This document shows positions 44,273 to 55,643 of a DNA stretch of 64,000 nt, piece by piece. Numbering within the stretch: position 1 is the first letter of the stretch; each line of letters starts with the position of its first letter. The notes under the pieces were generated by a model. It was not told where the DNA came from. It saw only the letters and a list, made by a program, of their open reading frames with translations, and searched no databases. Source of the stretch: a virus (taxonomy: Duplodnaviria > Caudoviricetes); the IMG/VR virus record IMGVR_UViG_2513237329_000013, positions 63,252 through 127,251 of that record; one strand, given 5' to 3'. The position numbers were made by a program, and so were the translations under genes.

Positions 44273-47200
44273 ATTTCAGATAAAAATTATACTGCATATC
44301 ATGTGCATACTGAATTATCGCTGTTAGATAGCTGTACTAATTACAAGCTGTATGTCGATAAGGCTGTTGAGCTTGGGCAGAAAGCTCTTGCTTTTACAGA
44401 GCATGGCAACATCTATCAGTGGGTAGAGAAAAAGATGTATTGCGATGACAAAGGAATTAAGTATCTGCACGGCATTGAATGTTATCTTACGGAAACGCAC
44501 GAGCCGAATCCTGAAACGGGATCAAAGGTTCGTGATAACTACCATACAATTTTGATTGCAAAAAACTATGCGGGCGTTCTTGAGCTGAATAAGCTTGTAA
44601 GTGTTTCAACGACAGATTCTCACACCTACTACAAATCGCGAATTTCATTTGATGAATTTCTTGGGACTTCAAAAAACATCATCAAAATCAGCGCTTGTCT
44701 TGCTTCTCCGCTGAATAAGCTTCCGTTCTCTCATAAACGGTATATGGAGCTGGCACGGCATTATGATTATTTTGAGATCCAGCCGCATGATTTCCAAGAA
44801 CAAAAGGATTTTAATTTACATCTTGCACAGCTATCCAGAGAACTTGGCAAGCCGCTGATTGCCGGCACAGATACGCACAGCATTGATAAATACAAGGCTG
44901 AATGTCGAAGTATTCTTCTTGCTGCAAAGCATATCGAATATAGCGATGAAGACAGTTTTGACTTGACTTATAAGAGTTATGATGAGCTGGTTGAGATGTT
45001 CAGAAAACAAAATGTGCTTCCAGAAAGTCTGTATCTTGATGCAATCGAAAACACAAACCGTATGGCTGATTCTGTCGAAAGCTTTGATTTGGACTTGTCT
45101 TTTAAGTATCCAAAGCTTTATGGCAGAAGAGACAAGGAAGTATTTGTAGAGCGAATTAAGAGCGGGCTTGAAGCCAAGCTTTTGTCTGGTGCTATTTCAA
45201 AAGAGCAGCTTCCTAACTTCAAGTCGGCTATTGCTGAAGAATGCCGAGTGTTTGACAAAATCGACATGTCAGGATTCATGCTGTTTATGTCAGAGCTTGT
45301 TACATGGTGCAAGTCAAACGGCATTCCTGTTGGGTTCAACCGTGGCTCATGTGGCGGATCTCGTGTAGCCTATGTTACCGATATTACAGACTTAAATCCA
45401 GAGACATGGCATACGGTATTCTCTCGTTTCTGTAATGAAGATCGTAAGGAAATCGGTGATATTGATATCGACGTCTCACCGTCTGACAGAGACCGAGTGT
45501 ATGAGTACATTATCAATCGTTTTGGGCAGGATAAAACCGCGTTTATTCTTGCTGTTGGAACGATTAAGTCCAAGGGTTGTATTGATGAGATTTGCCGTGC
45601 GCTTGGTGTTCGGTGGAACAAAGAACATCAGCACGACTTGAAAGACCTGAAAACGGTACTTAAATCACTGAAAGATCTAAATGTCGAAATTCTATTTGGC
45701 GATGCAAGAGATGGTAATGCGACCTATTACTTCGATAAGGAGAATGGGAATCAGCTTATTTTCCAGAGCAGATTAAGTAATACGCCAAGATCGGAGTTAA
45801 TCAAGTATTACACCAAGGAATACGACAGGCTTAAAGCAGAAAACGAAAAGATTTTTGAAAAGAACCCGTGGACTGGAAAAATCAATAGTGTTATTAAGCA
45901 GGAGTTTGAAGCAGATCCGGAGGCAGCAAGAAAAAAGTATTCCGAGGTTTTTTACTACTACGATGGTCTTCTTGATACTGCAATCTCTCAGTCGATGCAC
46001 CCAGCAGGTATTGTAGCGAGTCCAATCACTTTGGCGGATCATTATGGCACATTTGAAGATGCAGATGGGCATGTGCTACTTCAGATTGATATGGAGTGTG
46101 TGCATGAGGTAAGCCTTGTAAAATACGATATTCTTGGTTTGAAGAATATTGAGATTATCAAGGATGCGTATGACTTAATTGGAATTCCGTATCCAAAGTC
46201 ACATGAAATTAACTGGTCTGATGAAGCTGTATGGAAAGATATGTTGCGTTCTCCTGTTGGTGTGTTTCAGTTTGAAGGAGATTTCGCACATTCCATGCTG
46301 AGGCAGTATGTTCCGCACAGCATCTTTGATATGTCACTGATTACTGCAGCGTTAAGACCGTCTGGCGCTTCTTATCGTGATGATTTGATGCAACATAAGC
46401 CGCACAAGAATCCGTCAGCAATTATCGACGATCTTCTGAAAGACAACAACGGATATCTGATCTATCAGGAGGATGTTATTAAGTTCTTGCAACAGATTTG
46501 CGGCTTTTCCGGTTCTGATGCAGATAACACGCGCCGTGCTATTGGTCGTAAGGATGAAGAGCGTTTGAAAAAAGCGCTTCCTCAGATTCTTGAGGGATAT
46601 TGTGAAAAGTCAACGCAGCCGCGTAATATTGCGGAGCAGGAGGCGAAAGAGTTCCTACAAATTATCGAAGACGCTTCCAGCTATATGTTCGGTTATAATC
46701 ATTCAATTGGTTATTGTATGATTGGCTATTTGTGTGCTTATCTCCGCTATTATTATCCGTTTGAATTCATCACTGCATATTTGAACAATGCAAATAATGA
46801 GGATGATATTAAAAACGGAAGCGCACTTGCCGAACTGTACGGAATTCAGATTGTTCCTCCGAGGTTTGGCTTGTCAAAAGACAAGTATCTGTTTGATAAG
46901 AAGTCCCAAGTAATTGCTAAGGGTATTGAGTCTATCAAATACATGAACAGCACTGTGGCGAATGAGTTGTACGAAATCTCTCAAAAGCATAAGCCAAATA
47001 CTTTCATGGAGTTGCTGTGTCTAATGGCGGTTGAAAGTTCGTTAGATACAAGGCAAAGAGATATCCTTATCAAGATTGACTACTTTAGAGATTTTGGTAA
47101 CATCCCAGAGCTAAGCAGAATCGTCAGTTTCTTCTCATTCTTCAAAAACGGCACAGCAAAGCGAGTTCAGAAAGATAAACTGAGCGATGAGATGATTAAG

Positions 47201-47640
47201 CTGGTTTCTCAGTATGGCACAGATAAAAACAAAGACGGAACATCTGGTAAATCATTTGTGATTACAGATATTGGCGGCTTGCTTGTAGCTTGTGAGAAAG
47301 CTGTAAAATCACTTAATCTCCCCGATGTTGATTTGAAAAATAAGATTCAGACGCAGCTTGAGCTTATGGGGTATATTGATCTGACAACAAAAAACCAGAA
47401 GATCGCCGTAAACTTCTGATTACGGATGTGTTTCCCCTTGTAAGCAAAAAGGATAATAACATCTGGGGATATGCTGTTCAAACAAGGTCAATCGGTAGTG
47501 GTAAGGCTGCGCGGCTTACTATTCGTAGCTATCGGTATAAAAAGAATCCTATTAAGAGATTCGATATTATTCAGGCAAAAGAGTTAGGAAAAAACAAGAG
47601 TGGGTATTGGTATTTGCTCGATTACGAACTAATTGCCTAA
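44273..47640 (+). CDS. dnaE: DNA polymerase III alpha subunit; C-terminal part in -1 frame at A6 (47389-47394)
   Basis: PHP HVHTELS..D, TEHG, RGSCGGS, DIDID, HPAG, KYDILGL, YMFGYNH. Confidence 0.9.
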
Positions 47641-47661
47641 ACAAGAAAGGACGTAACGAAC

Positions 47662-48347
47662 ATGTGTGGTAAACACTTAGCAAAACGCAAAAAAATCATG
47701 CACCACTGGTTGCTGTACTTGCAATCTGTGCTATCGTGGCTGTTGTTATTACAGAAGTAATAAGCTGTTCTCAGGACGCAAAGGCGTATGAGTTTTATGA
47801 TTCATACAGTTATCCCGTGACTACATCATATGTAATTCCGTCAAAAGAAATTGTTGTAGACAATACGGAAGAATTTGATGTTGAAGCTGAGGACATTGAG
47901 TATGTCGATGTCGAATTTGCAGACTTGGTTATTAACGAACCAGAAGCAGTTGTCGAATCAGAGCCGCCATATTCGGAAGAAGATCTTGATTTACTTGCGA
48001 GGTTGATAACGGCAGAAATGGGAAGCGAATGGGTTCCGGATGAGGTGCAGTTATATGTCGGCAGCGTACCACTCAACAGAATGAAGAGCGATGCTTTTCC
48101 AGGTGAGACATTATACGATGTGGTCTACCAAAAAGGTCAATACTCCCCGACTTGGACTGGTGCTATTAACAACACACCAGATGAACGCACGATTGAAAAT
48201 GCCAAGAAACTCCTAACAGAAGGCAGCGTTTTGCCAGAAAATGTTGTGTTCCAAGCGAATTTTAAGCAAGGTGATGGTGTTTACTATGAATACTATGATG
48301 AGATCCTTGGCACAACCACTTATTTTTGCTACTTAGGAAATAGTTAA
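47662..48347 (+). CDS. SleB/CwlJ-like cell-wall hydrolase (signal/TM segment frameshifted at A7 47689-47695)
   Basis: LLARLITAE, VGSVPLNR...FP..LYDVVYQKGQY. Confidence 0.8.
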
Positions 48348-48366
48348 ACAATCGGAGGAATGAGGA

Positions 48367-49374
48367 TTGAAGATTGTAAAACCAAATGCTGAACTTATGT
48401 TTGCCCCAAATAATGATGATCTTTTTGCATTAAAGCACTTAGAGTCAGTCGGGAGAACATGCTATAAGAGCGAAAACAATATTACCGATGATTCGTGCAT
48501 CAATTTTGTTTCCGGAATTATTAAGCGTGGACATGAAGCCGTTATTGAACATTATTCTTTCATTTATGAGCTGAATGATGTGAGCTTGGACAGCCTTGAG
48601 TTTTTAATTAAAAACCTGTCTGATAATGGCTTCAATAGTTATCTTCGTATTACATACGATAAGCGTCCGGTTGTTTCTGGAAATGTGAGAGCATGGAGAG
48701 AACTTTTTAAGTGGGCGACAAAGCTTGGATACCGTATTCCTGGATATATGAAGTCATTTGTATATGCGTATCCTTTGTTTTTCCCAGAATACAAAGACTC
48801 ATTGTTTTCAACAGAGGTAGATGAGGATTATGTGTTTACACCATTGAGTGTAGCAGGTTTGCATGGCGATATTGAGCTACTGGCACATGTTGATATCACA
48901 GCTCGTCTTACAAACGACCGTGGCGTGTCTCACGAGGAAGTCCGCCATCGCCCAGCGAGTTTTGCGCAGGAAAGTACACGATACTGCAACTACTCTAAGG
49001 ACAAATTTGACAATACGATTTCCTATATTGACCTTTTGGGTGGTATGGAGCTTGATAGCAAGGTCAAAGGAATGTCTGCAAATGAAAAGTCTGCAATTTA
49101 TGATGAATGGGTGTCGGCCTGTGAAGACGCTGAGCGTCACTACTTCAAAATGCTTGAGCTTGGGGCAACCCCGCAAATTGCGCGTTCCGTGCTAAATAAT
49201 TCTACGAAAACAGAAATTTGCATTACGATGAATCTTGCCGAATGGAGACATTTCTTTACATTGCGTCTTTCATCGGCAGCACATCCGCAAATGCGTGAAG
49301 TAGCGTCTATGCTGCTTGATCGGTTTGATACGGAGTTTCCTCAGTATCATAAGTATGTTGGGGTGAGCGAATGA
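48367..49374 (+). CDS. thyX: FAD-dependent thymidylate synthase
   Basis: GHEAVIEH, RGVSHEEVRHR..SFAQESTRY, LR...AHPQMR. Confidence 0.92.
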   Translation: MKIVKPNAELMFAPNNDDLFALKHLESVGRTCYKSENNITDDSCINFVSGIIKRGHEAVIEHYSFIYELNDVSLDSLEFLIKNLSDNGFNSYLRITYDKRPVVSGNVRAWRELFKWATKLGYRIPGYMKSFVYAYPLFFPEYKDSLFSTEVDEDYVFTPLSVAGLHGDIELLAHVDITARLTNDRGVSHEEVRHRPASFAQESTRYCNYSKDKFDNTISYIDLLGGMELDSKVKGMSANEKSAIYDEWVSACEDAERHYFKMLELGATPQIARSVLNNSTKTEICITMNLAEWRHFFTLRLSSAAHPQMREVASMLLDRFDTEFPQYHKYVGVSE

Positions 49375-49901
49375 AAGTGATTTGTATTTCTGGTAAAGCG
49401 CAGCACGGGAAAGATACATCCGCAAATTTGCTTCGTGAGGAATTAGTTAATCAATGCCAAAGCGTACTTGTAACACACTACGCAGATTTGCTGAAGTACA
49501 TCTGCCGTAACTTCTTTGATTGGGACGGTAAGAAAGACGATGCTGGTCGCAAGCTTTTACAGTATGTTGGGACGGATGTGGTTCGTCAGAAGCGTCCGGA
49601 TTTCTGGGTAAGTTTCCTCGTCAATGTACTCGATCTGTTTCCCGATGAATGGGATTATGTTCTAATTCCGGATTGTCGTTTTCCAAACGAAATTGAGGCT
49701 ATGAGAAACGCTGGCTTTGATGTAACGCATCTACGAATTGTGCGACCAAATTTTAATAGTCCACTCACAGTGGAGCAACAGCAGCATCCTTCAGAAACAG
49801 CGCTTGATAGCTACCATGCAGATTATGTGATTTGCAACGATGGTACAATCTCAGATCTAAAACGCAAACTATCAAATTGGCTTGGAGGTGAACAGCATTA
49901 A
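49371..49901 (+). CDS. Deoxynucleoside monophosphate kinase-like protein
   Basis: SGKAQHGKDT, LLQYVGT, DCRFPNE, HPSE. Confidence 0.8.
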   Translation: MKVICISGKAQHGKDTSANLLREELVNQCQSVLVTHYADLLKYICRNFFDWDGKKDDAGRKLLQYVGTDVVRQKRPDFWVSFLVNVLDLFPDEWDYVLIPDCRFPNEIEAMRNAGFDVTHLRIVRPNFNSPLTVEQQQHPSETALDSYHADYVICNDGTISDLKRKLSNWLGGEQH

Positions 49902-50457
49902 GCGTTTGACAATTCTTATTGATATGGATGATGTGTTAGAAAACCTTGTTGAATGTTGGGTTGCTGCGCTGAACCGAAAACACGGAACTACGGTTAAGCC
50001 AGAAGATATCACAAACTGGCTGATTGGTGAATTCTTCCCGTCTCTTACAAAAGAAGAACTGTTTGCCCCTTTGAATGATCCAGCATTCTGGGGAAATCTT
50101 TCTCCTATGCCGTTCGCACAGGATGTTATTTGCCGGCTGATTGACGATGGACATTTGGTTCGGGTTGTAACTTCGTCTTACTACAACACTGTTCCGCCAA
50201 AGATGACATGGCTATTTAAGCATTATCCGTACCTATGTTGGAAAGATGTCATTATTGCACACGACAAGAAACTTATTAACGGTGATGTCTTGATTGATGA
50301 CGGCGTTCATAATCTCGAAAACGCAAAGTACAAAAAGCTTCTTTTTGACCAGCCACACAACAGAAGCTATAACGCAGAAGAAAATGGCATGATTCGCGTT
50401 CACGATTGGAACGAGATTTACCGTGCTATTTGCGAAATCGCAGGAGGCGAAGAATGA
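49897..50457 (+). CDS. 5'(3')-deoxyribonucleotidase (HAD, NT5C)
   Basis: IDMDDVL, DVLIDD, PHN; probable ATT start. Confidence 0.85.
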   Translation: MKRLTILIDMDDVLENLVECWVAALNRKHGTTVKPEDITNWLIGEFFPSLTKEELFAPLNDPAFWGNLSPMPFAQDVICRLIDDGHLVRVVTSSYYNTVPPKMTWLFKHYPYLCWKDVIIAHDKKLINGDVLIDDGVHNLENAKYKKLLFDQPHNRSYNAEENGMIRVHDWNEIYRAICEIAGGEE

Positions 50458-52754
50458 TTACAGAAATTCGGAAAAGAGACGGTCGTATTGAACCGTTTGA
50501 TGCAAGTAAAATTGCCAATGCAATTACAAAGGCGATGGTATCTGTCGATGAAGTTGATGGAGATGTAGCTTTGCGCGTTACAAGCAAAATCTCAAATTCT
50601 AACCTTTCTGGCGTTGTTGATGTTGAGCAGATTCAGGACATGGTTGAAGACGGCTTGATGGGAAGCAGATGCAAGAAGACTGCGAAGGCTTACATCAAGT
50701 ATCGTGAGAAGCGCAATCAGGAGCGCCAAAAGAACAACGAATTGAATAAGCAGATTGAAGATATTCTCTTGTGCAACAATGTTCAAAACCAGAACGCAAA
50801 TGTCGATGAGCATTCGTTTGGCGGCAGAAAATTTGAAAGCGCAAATGTACTCCACAAAAATATTGCAATGAATGTGTTTGTACGGCCTGAGGTTGCGCAG
50901 GCTCATAGGGAGTCGAGAATCTATCTGCATGATTTGTCAGAGTACGATATTGGAGATCACAACTGCCTATTTGCAGATCTTGGGCGATTGCTCCATAACG
51001 GCTTTGCAACAAGAAACGGTGATGTTCGCCCAGCGAATAGCTTTTCTACGGCCTGCCAGCTTATCGCTGTAATTTTTCAGATTCAGAGCCAAGTTCAGTT
51101 TGGCGGAGTCGCATCTTGCCATATTGACTATGATCTTGCTCCATTTGTGAAGAAAAGTTTCGTCAAAAAGTATGTCATGGCTCTTGTAAAAGCAAGCGCA
51201 GAATTTGGAGAAACTGACTTTTCTATTATGACAGATGAAGAGCTTGATGATTTTATCAAGAAAATTAAGCCTGTAATTTTAGAGCGCGTCGGTTTATCCG
51301 AAAGCGATATTTATATCGACAACAAGGCGAACCTTGATCCTGTTATGTACAATCAGGCGTATTTTGACCTAATGTGCGAGGGCAAACAGTCGGCACAAAG
51401 CTTGTATCACAACCTGAACACACTGGAAAGCCGCGCGGGATCTCAGATTCCGTTTACATCAATCAATTTTGGTACGGACACATCGACAGAGGGCAAGCTC
51501 GTTTCAAAGTGGCTTATGGCTGCAAGTCTTGATGGTATTGGCAAATATCACCTCACACCAATTTTCCCAATCAGTATCTTCAAGTACAAGAGCGGCGTGA
51601 ACGCTCATAATGGTGATCCGAACTACGATATCAAAAAGCTTGCCATTAAGTCACTGAGCAGAAGAATTTATCCCAATATTGTCAACTGCAATTTCTCAGG
51701 AAACATTGAAGAACCTGGCAATCCAGATACGGAGATGGCAACGATGGGTTGTAGAACGATGATGGGATATGACAGAAATGGGCTTGGATATTCTAAACTT
51801 GGGCGCGGAAATGTTTGCCCGACTACAATCAATCTTCCGAAGCTTGGTATCAAACATGGTATTTGTCTTGGCGAGCGTGATACCGCTGATTTAGACGGAT
51901 TCTGGGAAGAGCTTGACGAAGTGCTACATCTTACAGAAATGTCCCTTGTAGACCGATTCTATCATGTGTGCAAACAGTCTGTTGCCTCTGCGAAGTTTAT
52001 GTATGGCAATGGAACGATTGCAGATTATGATAAGGCTTCTTATAAGGGCATTTATGAGGCGATGAAGCATGGAACTCTCGCCGTTGGCTATATCGGTATT
52101 GCAGAGATGTGTCAGGCGCTTTTTGGAAAAGACCATTCTGAAGATGATGAGGTCTGGAAATTTGCATTGAGCGTTGTAAAGCATATTTATGATTTTTGCG
52201 TAGAGGCAAGCGAAAAGCACGGTCTAAACTTCTCATGTTATGCTACGCCAGCAGAAAATCTGTGCCGCACTTATGCTACTGCTTTGAAAAAGGAATTCGG
52301 TGTAATTCCGAAAGTAACAGATCGTGAGTATATCACAAATTCTCACCATGTTCCCGTTTGGCAGAAGGTATCTATCTACAGAAAGCTTGAATTGGAAGCT
52401 CCGTTCTGCAAGTATCCGACTGGCGGCTGCATTACCTATATCGAACTGGAAAGCTCGATTATGAAGAACGAAAAGGCTGTTGAAGATATCATTGACTACG
52501 CTATGTCGCTTGATATCCCGTATCTTGCATTTAACTTCCCGATTGACTCATGCCTCAAGTGTGGGTATCAGGGTGAGATTGGATATAACTGCCCTAAGTG
52601 TGGCAATACGGAAATTCAGCGTCTCCGTCGAGTTACCGGATATCTTACGACAGATTACCGTAATTTCAATGCTGGAAAAATCAAAGAATGCCTTGATCGA
52701 GTTAAGCACAGCAACTATACAGACTTCAATCAAATGAAGGATGATACTGAGTGA
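50454..52754 (+). CDS. nrdD: Anaerobic ribonucleoside-triphosphate reductase
   Basis: ATP cone KRDG, IYLHD, ATPAE, YITNS, CxxC..CxxC, RRVTGYL. Confidence 0.95.
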   Translation: MITEIRKRDGRIEPFDASKIANAITKAMVSVDEVDGDVALRVTSKISNSNLSGVVDVEQIQDMVEDGLMGSRCKKTAKAYIKYREKRNQERQKNNELNKQIEDILLCNNVQNQNANVDEHSFGGRKFESANVLHKNIAMNVFVRPEVAQAHRESRIYLHDLSEYDIGDHNCLFADLGRLLHNGFATRNGDVRPANSFSTACQLIAVIFQIQSQVQFGGVASCHIDYDLAPFVKKSFVKKYVMALVKASAEFGETDFSIMTDEELDDFIKKIKPVILERVGLSESDIYIDNKANLDPVMYNQAYFDLMCEGKQSAQSLYHNLNTLESRAGSQIPFTSINFGTDTSTEGKLVSKWLMAASLDGIGKYHLTPIFPISIFKYKSGVNAHNGDPNYDIKKLAIKSLSRRIYPNIVNCNFSGNIEEPGNPDTEMATMGCRTMMGYDRNGLGYSKLGRGNVCPTTINLPKLGIKHGICLGERDTADLDGFWEELDEVLHLTEMSLVDRFYHVCKQSVASAKFMYGNGTIADYDKASYKGIYEAMKHGTLAVGYIGIAEMCQALFGKDHSEDDEVWKFALSVVKHIYDFCVEASEKHGLNFSCYATPAENLCRTYATALKKEFGVIPKVTDREYITNSHHVPVWQKVSIYRKLELEAPFCKYPTGGCITYIELESSIMKNEKAVEDIIDYAMSLDIPYLAFNFPIDSCLKCGYQGEIGYNCPKCGNTEIQRLRRVTGYLTTDYRNFNAGKIKECLDRVKHSNYTDFNQMKDDTE

Positions 52755-53284
52755 ATGTATCTGGCATTAACTTTGAATCCATAGCGGATGGTGATGGTGT
52801 TCGGGTTGTGGTGTATATTAGCGGCTGTTTGCACAACTGCAAGGGATGCCACAATCCAACATCTCACTCTTTTACGGCTGGCAGACCTTTTACAGAAGAG
52901 TTGCAGCGTGAGGTTATAGAGTACATCAAGAAAACACCATTTATTTCTGGATTAACATTAAGTGGCGGAGATCCTATGTATTCTGCAAGTGAGCTTGTGC
53001 CGTTTGTGACGGCGTTGAAAGAGGATATAAAAGATATCTCCGTGTGGATTTACTCAGGGTTTAGCTATGAAAAAATACTGGAAAACAGTGAAATGCTAAG
53101 TCTTTTATCATTGTGTGATGTGCTTGTTGATGGAGAGTTTATTCTTGAGCAGAGAGACATGACGCTTTGCTATAAAGGAAGCTCAAATCAAAGAATCATC
53201 GACATTCCAAAATCGCTCTCATCTGGAGAGATTATTCTATGGAAAAGCGAGGTAGTCGCAGTTGAACAGAATTGCAAAGTTTGA
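52751..53284 (+). CDS. nrdG: Anaerobic RNR activating enzyme
   Basis: DGDGVR, GCLHNCKGCHN, SGGDP, GSSNQR. Confidence 0.93.
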   Translation: MNVSGINFESIADGDGVRVVVYISGCLHNCKGCHNPTSHSFTAGRPFTEELQREVIEYIKKTPFISGLTLSGGDPMYSASELVPFVTALKEDIKDISVWIYSGFSYEKILENSEMLSLLSLCDVLVDGEFILEQRDMTLCYKGSSNQRIIDIPKSLSSGEIILWKSEVVAVEQNCKV

Positions 53285-53801
53285 AAAGGTGAGCAAGCAG
53301 CAGTTCGCGGAAGCTATGCTTAACACCTTTGGAAATATTTTTACAGCAAATATTGATGATGTGTCGCTCCCTGTCCGTGCGACCTCTGGATCAGCAGGAT
53401 ATGATTTTGTCAGTCCAATTTCATTTGAACTTGCCGCTGGTGAGTCAATCAAAGTCCCAACTGGTATCCGTGTTAATATCCGAGAGGGTTGGTGGCTCGC
53501 TATTGTTCCTCGTAGTAGCCTCGGCTTCAAGTATCGGATGCAGCTTGATAATACTGTTGGTGTAGTCGATAGCGATTATTACCATTCAGATAATGAGGGA
53601 CATATTTTCGTGAAAATTACAAATGACAGCCGCGATGGAAAGTCGCTTGTGGTAAACGCGGGTGATAAATTCGCGCAGGCCATCTTTCTTCCTTATGGCA
53701 TTACATATGATGATGCAGCAAGCGGTATCAGAAATGGCGGGTTTGGATCTACGAATACTCCCCATGTAATTGAGTTTGGGCAGGCAGAAAAGGTCGGCTA
53801 A
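53262..53801 (+). CDS. dut: dUTPase
   Basis: SAGYD, PRSS, GVVDSDY, RNGGFGST. Confidence 0.92.
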   Translation: MNRIAKFEKVSKQQFAEAMLNTFGNIFTANIDDVSLPVRATSGSAGYDFVSPISFELAAGESIKVPTGIRVNIREGWWLAIVPRSSLGFKYRMQLDNTVGVVDSDYYHSDNEGHIFVKITNDSRDGKSLVVNAGDKFAQAIFLPYGITYDDAASGIRNGGFGSTNTPHVIEFGQAEKVG

Positions 53802-53806
53802 ATAGC

Positions 53807-54580
53807 GTGGAATTAGACAGAGTTTATAATGTGGACTGTCTGATCGGAATGAGGGAGATTGCAAATGAATCTATTGATATGATCTTTTGTGATCTCCCTT
53901 ATGGGGTAACTAAGAACAAGTGGGATTCTGTTATTCCACCAGAATTGCTCTGGGCGCAATACAAAAGAATCATCAAACCAAATGGTGCAATTCTTTTGTT
54001 CGGTCAAGATAAGTTTACGGCTAAGATGATGTTGTCAAATGAAAAACTGCATCGTTACAACATTATTTGGCGTAAGGTTTTGAAAAGCGGATTTCTGAAT
54101 GCGAATAGAATGCCGCTACGGGAACATGAAGATATCATGGTCTTTTATAAATCGCAGCCAGTCTATAATCCACAAATGGTAAAAGGACAAAAGAATCATA
54201 GTAAAGGTAAAGCAAAGGGCGAAAATGCGGAAGATATTCTGAATAATCGCGTGTACGGTGCGTATAAAGTCGTAGAAACGACCGGAGATATGAAACACCC
54301 GTCTTCGATTTGGGAGTTTCCAAAGTCTCATCCGTCTGTTGCAATCAGCTCAACTGAGAAGCCTATTGAACTATGCAGATATGCAATTCGTACTTTTACG
54401 AATCCAGGTGCAGTTGTTCTTGATAATTGTTGTGGTTGCGGGTCTATTCCGATTGCTGCAAAGCTTGAAGGACGTCACTACATAGGCATGGATAATGGCA
54501 TTTGCGATAATAAAAAGAGTAAATATTTTGGAATGCCTTGGGCTGATGTTGCAACACAGCGCTTGGCGGAAATTGCATGA
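53807..54580 (+). CDS. N4/N6 DNA methyltransferase (beta class)
   Basis: CDLPYG, TEKP, VLDNCCGCGS. Confidence 0.85.
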   Translation: MELDRVYNVDCLIGMREIANESIDMIFCDLPYGVTKNKWDSVIPPELLWAQYKRIIKPNGAILLFGQDKFTAKMMLSNEKLHRYNIIWRKVLKSGFLNANRMPLREHEDIMVFYKSQPVYNPQMVKGQKNHSKGKAKGENAEDILNNRVYGAYKVVETTGDMKHPSSIWEFPKSHPSVAISSTEKPIELCRYAIRTFTNPGAVVLDNCCGCGSIPIAAKLEGRHYIGMDNGICDNKKSKYFGMPWADVATQRLAEIA

Positions 54581-54762
54581 GGTGTGATATGTGCTATTGT
54601 GTCGGAAGATGCGGTTCTGAAATTCTTGTAGAGCATGGTTACAACGGAGAATGTGTAGCGACTTGTGGTTACTGTCGCTGTATGCAGGGCGATGAATGTT
54701 TTGATCCTACGGAGCTTTGTGATGGCTGCTCAATGTGCAAAAGCGAGGATCGTTATGCCTAA
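54577..54762 (+). CDS. Small Cys-rich protein
   Basis: ATGA-coupled; 11 Cys. Confidence 0.55.
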   Translation: MRCDMCYCVGRCGSEILVEHGYNGECVATCGYCRCMQGDECFDPTELCDGCSMCKSEDRYA

Positions 54763-55009
54763 TGAAAATTTGAACTTAGTTCCAGCAATTCGCGCAATTG
54801 AAAAACAAATCAGCGAGCTGAATAGTGAATATGTGAAGAAGATTACGCCATACAAAGAGAGTTTAGCCAAGCTCAGAGAAATCAATACGGCTTGCGAAAC
54901 ATGCTGTGGAACAGGAAAAGTGTTTAGGCGTTCATGCGCAGAAGACGATGGAGACTACTATACATGTCCAGACTGTAAGGGTTCTGGCAAATGTGCAGAT
55001 CATGTTTAA
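54755..55009 (+). CDS. DnaJ-type Zn-finger small protein
   Basis: CETCCGTG...CPDCKGSG. Confidence 0.7.
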   Translation: MPNENLNLVPAIRAIEKQISELNSEYVKKITPYKESLAKLREINTACETCCGTGKVFRRSCAEDDGDYYTCPDCKGSGKCADHV

Positions 55010-55379
55010 GCTTATAATCGCTGGCGGGCGTGATTTTAACAACTATGACGGCATGTCGAAATGTCTTGACCGTCTGCTGAAAAACATCAACGATAATATT
55101 GAAATTGTTTGCGGAATGGCTCGTGGCGCAGATCGACTTGGAGAACGCTATGCAAAGGAACACGGTTACAAAGTAATCTACATGCCCGCTGATTGGGATT
55201 TGTACGGAAAATCTGCCGGCTTCAAACGCAATGTGCAGATGGCTGAGTACGCAGATGCACTCGTTGCTTTTTGGGGTGGAGTATCGTCTGGTACAAAACA
55301 TATGATAGAAACAGCGCAAAATATGGGACTTGATGTGCGCGTAAAAAAGTACCTAATGGTAAAGAGGGATTCCACATGA
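55002..55379 (+). CDS. SLOG/YspA (DUF2493)-like protein
   Basis: IIAGGRDF, GMARGAD, SAGFKRN, GTKHMI. Confidence 0.85.
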   Translation: MFKLIIAGGRDFNNYDGMSKCLDRLLKNINDNIEIVCGMARGADRLGERYAKEHGYKVIYMPADWDLYGKSAGFKRNVQMAEYADALVAFWGGVSSGTKHMIETAQNMGLDVRVKKYLMVKRDST

Positions 55380-55531
55380 ATGAGCTTAAAAAGTATGAAG
55401 AACTGAAAAACAAGCTACATGATGCGGTAAATGAATTATGTGTATTATGCGGAAAGTATCAGTTTGAGCATATTGGTATGTGTGATGGGTGTAGATGGAA
55501 GCAGGAAAAACACGCATGGACGAAAGAGTAA
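55376..55531 (+). CDS. Small Cys-containing protein (51 aa, not in ORF track)
   Basis: ATGA coupling; CVYC...CDGC. Confidence 0.55.
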   Translation: MNELKKYEELKNKLHDAVNELCVLCGKYQFEHIGMCDGCRWKQEKHAWTKE

Positions 55532-55643
55532 ATAATAGTATCTGCCCGTTTGTCCGCTCTGGCGAATGTGATGTTCCTCCGTGTAGTTCGTGTTTTTTAT
55601 ACCATTTGAGTTGTCATGAAGATAAAAAGGAGCAGCGAGAAAA

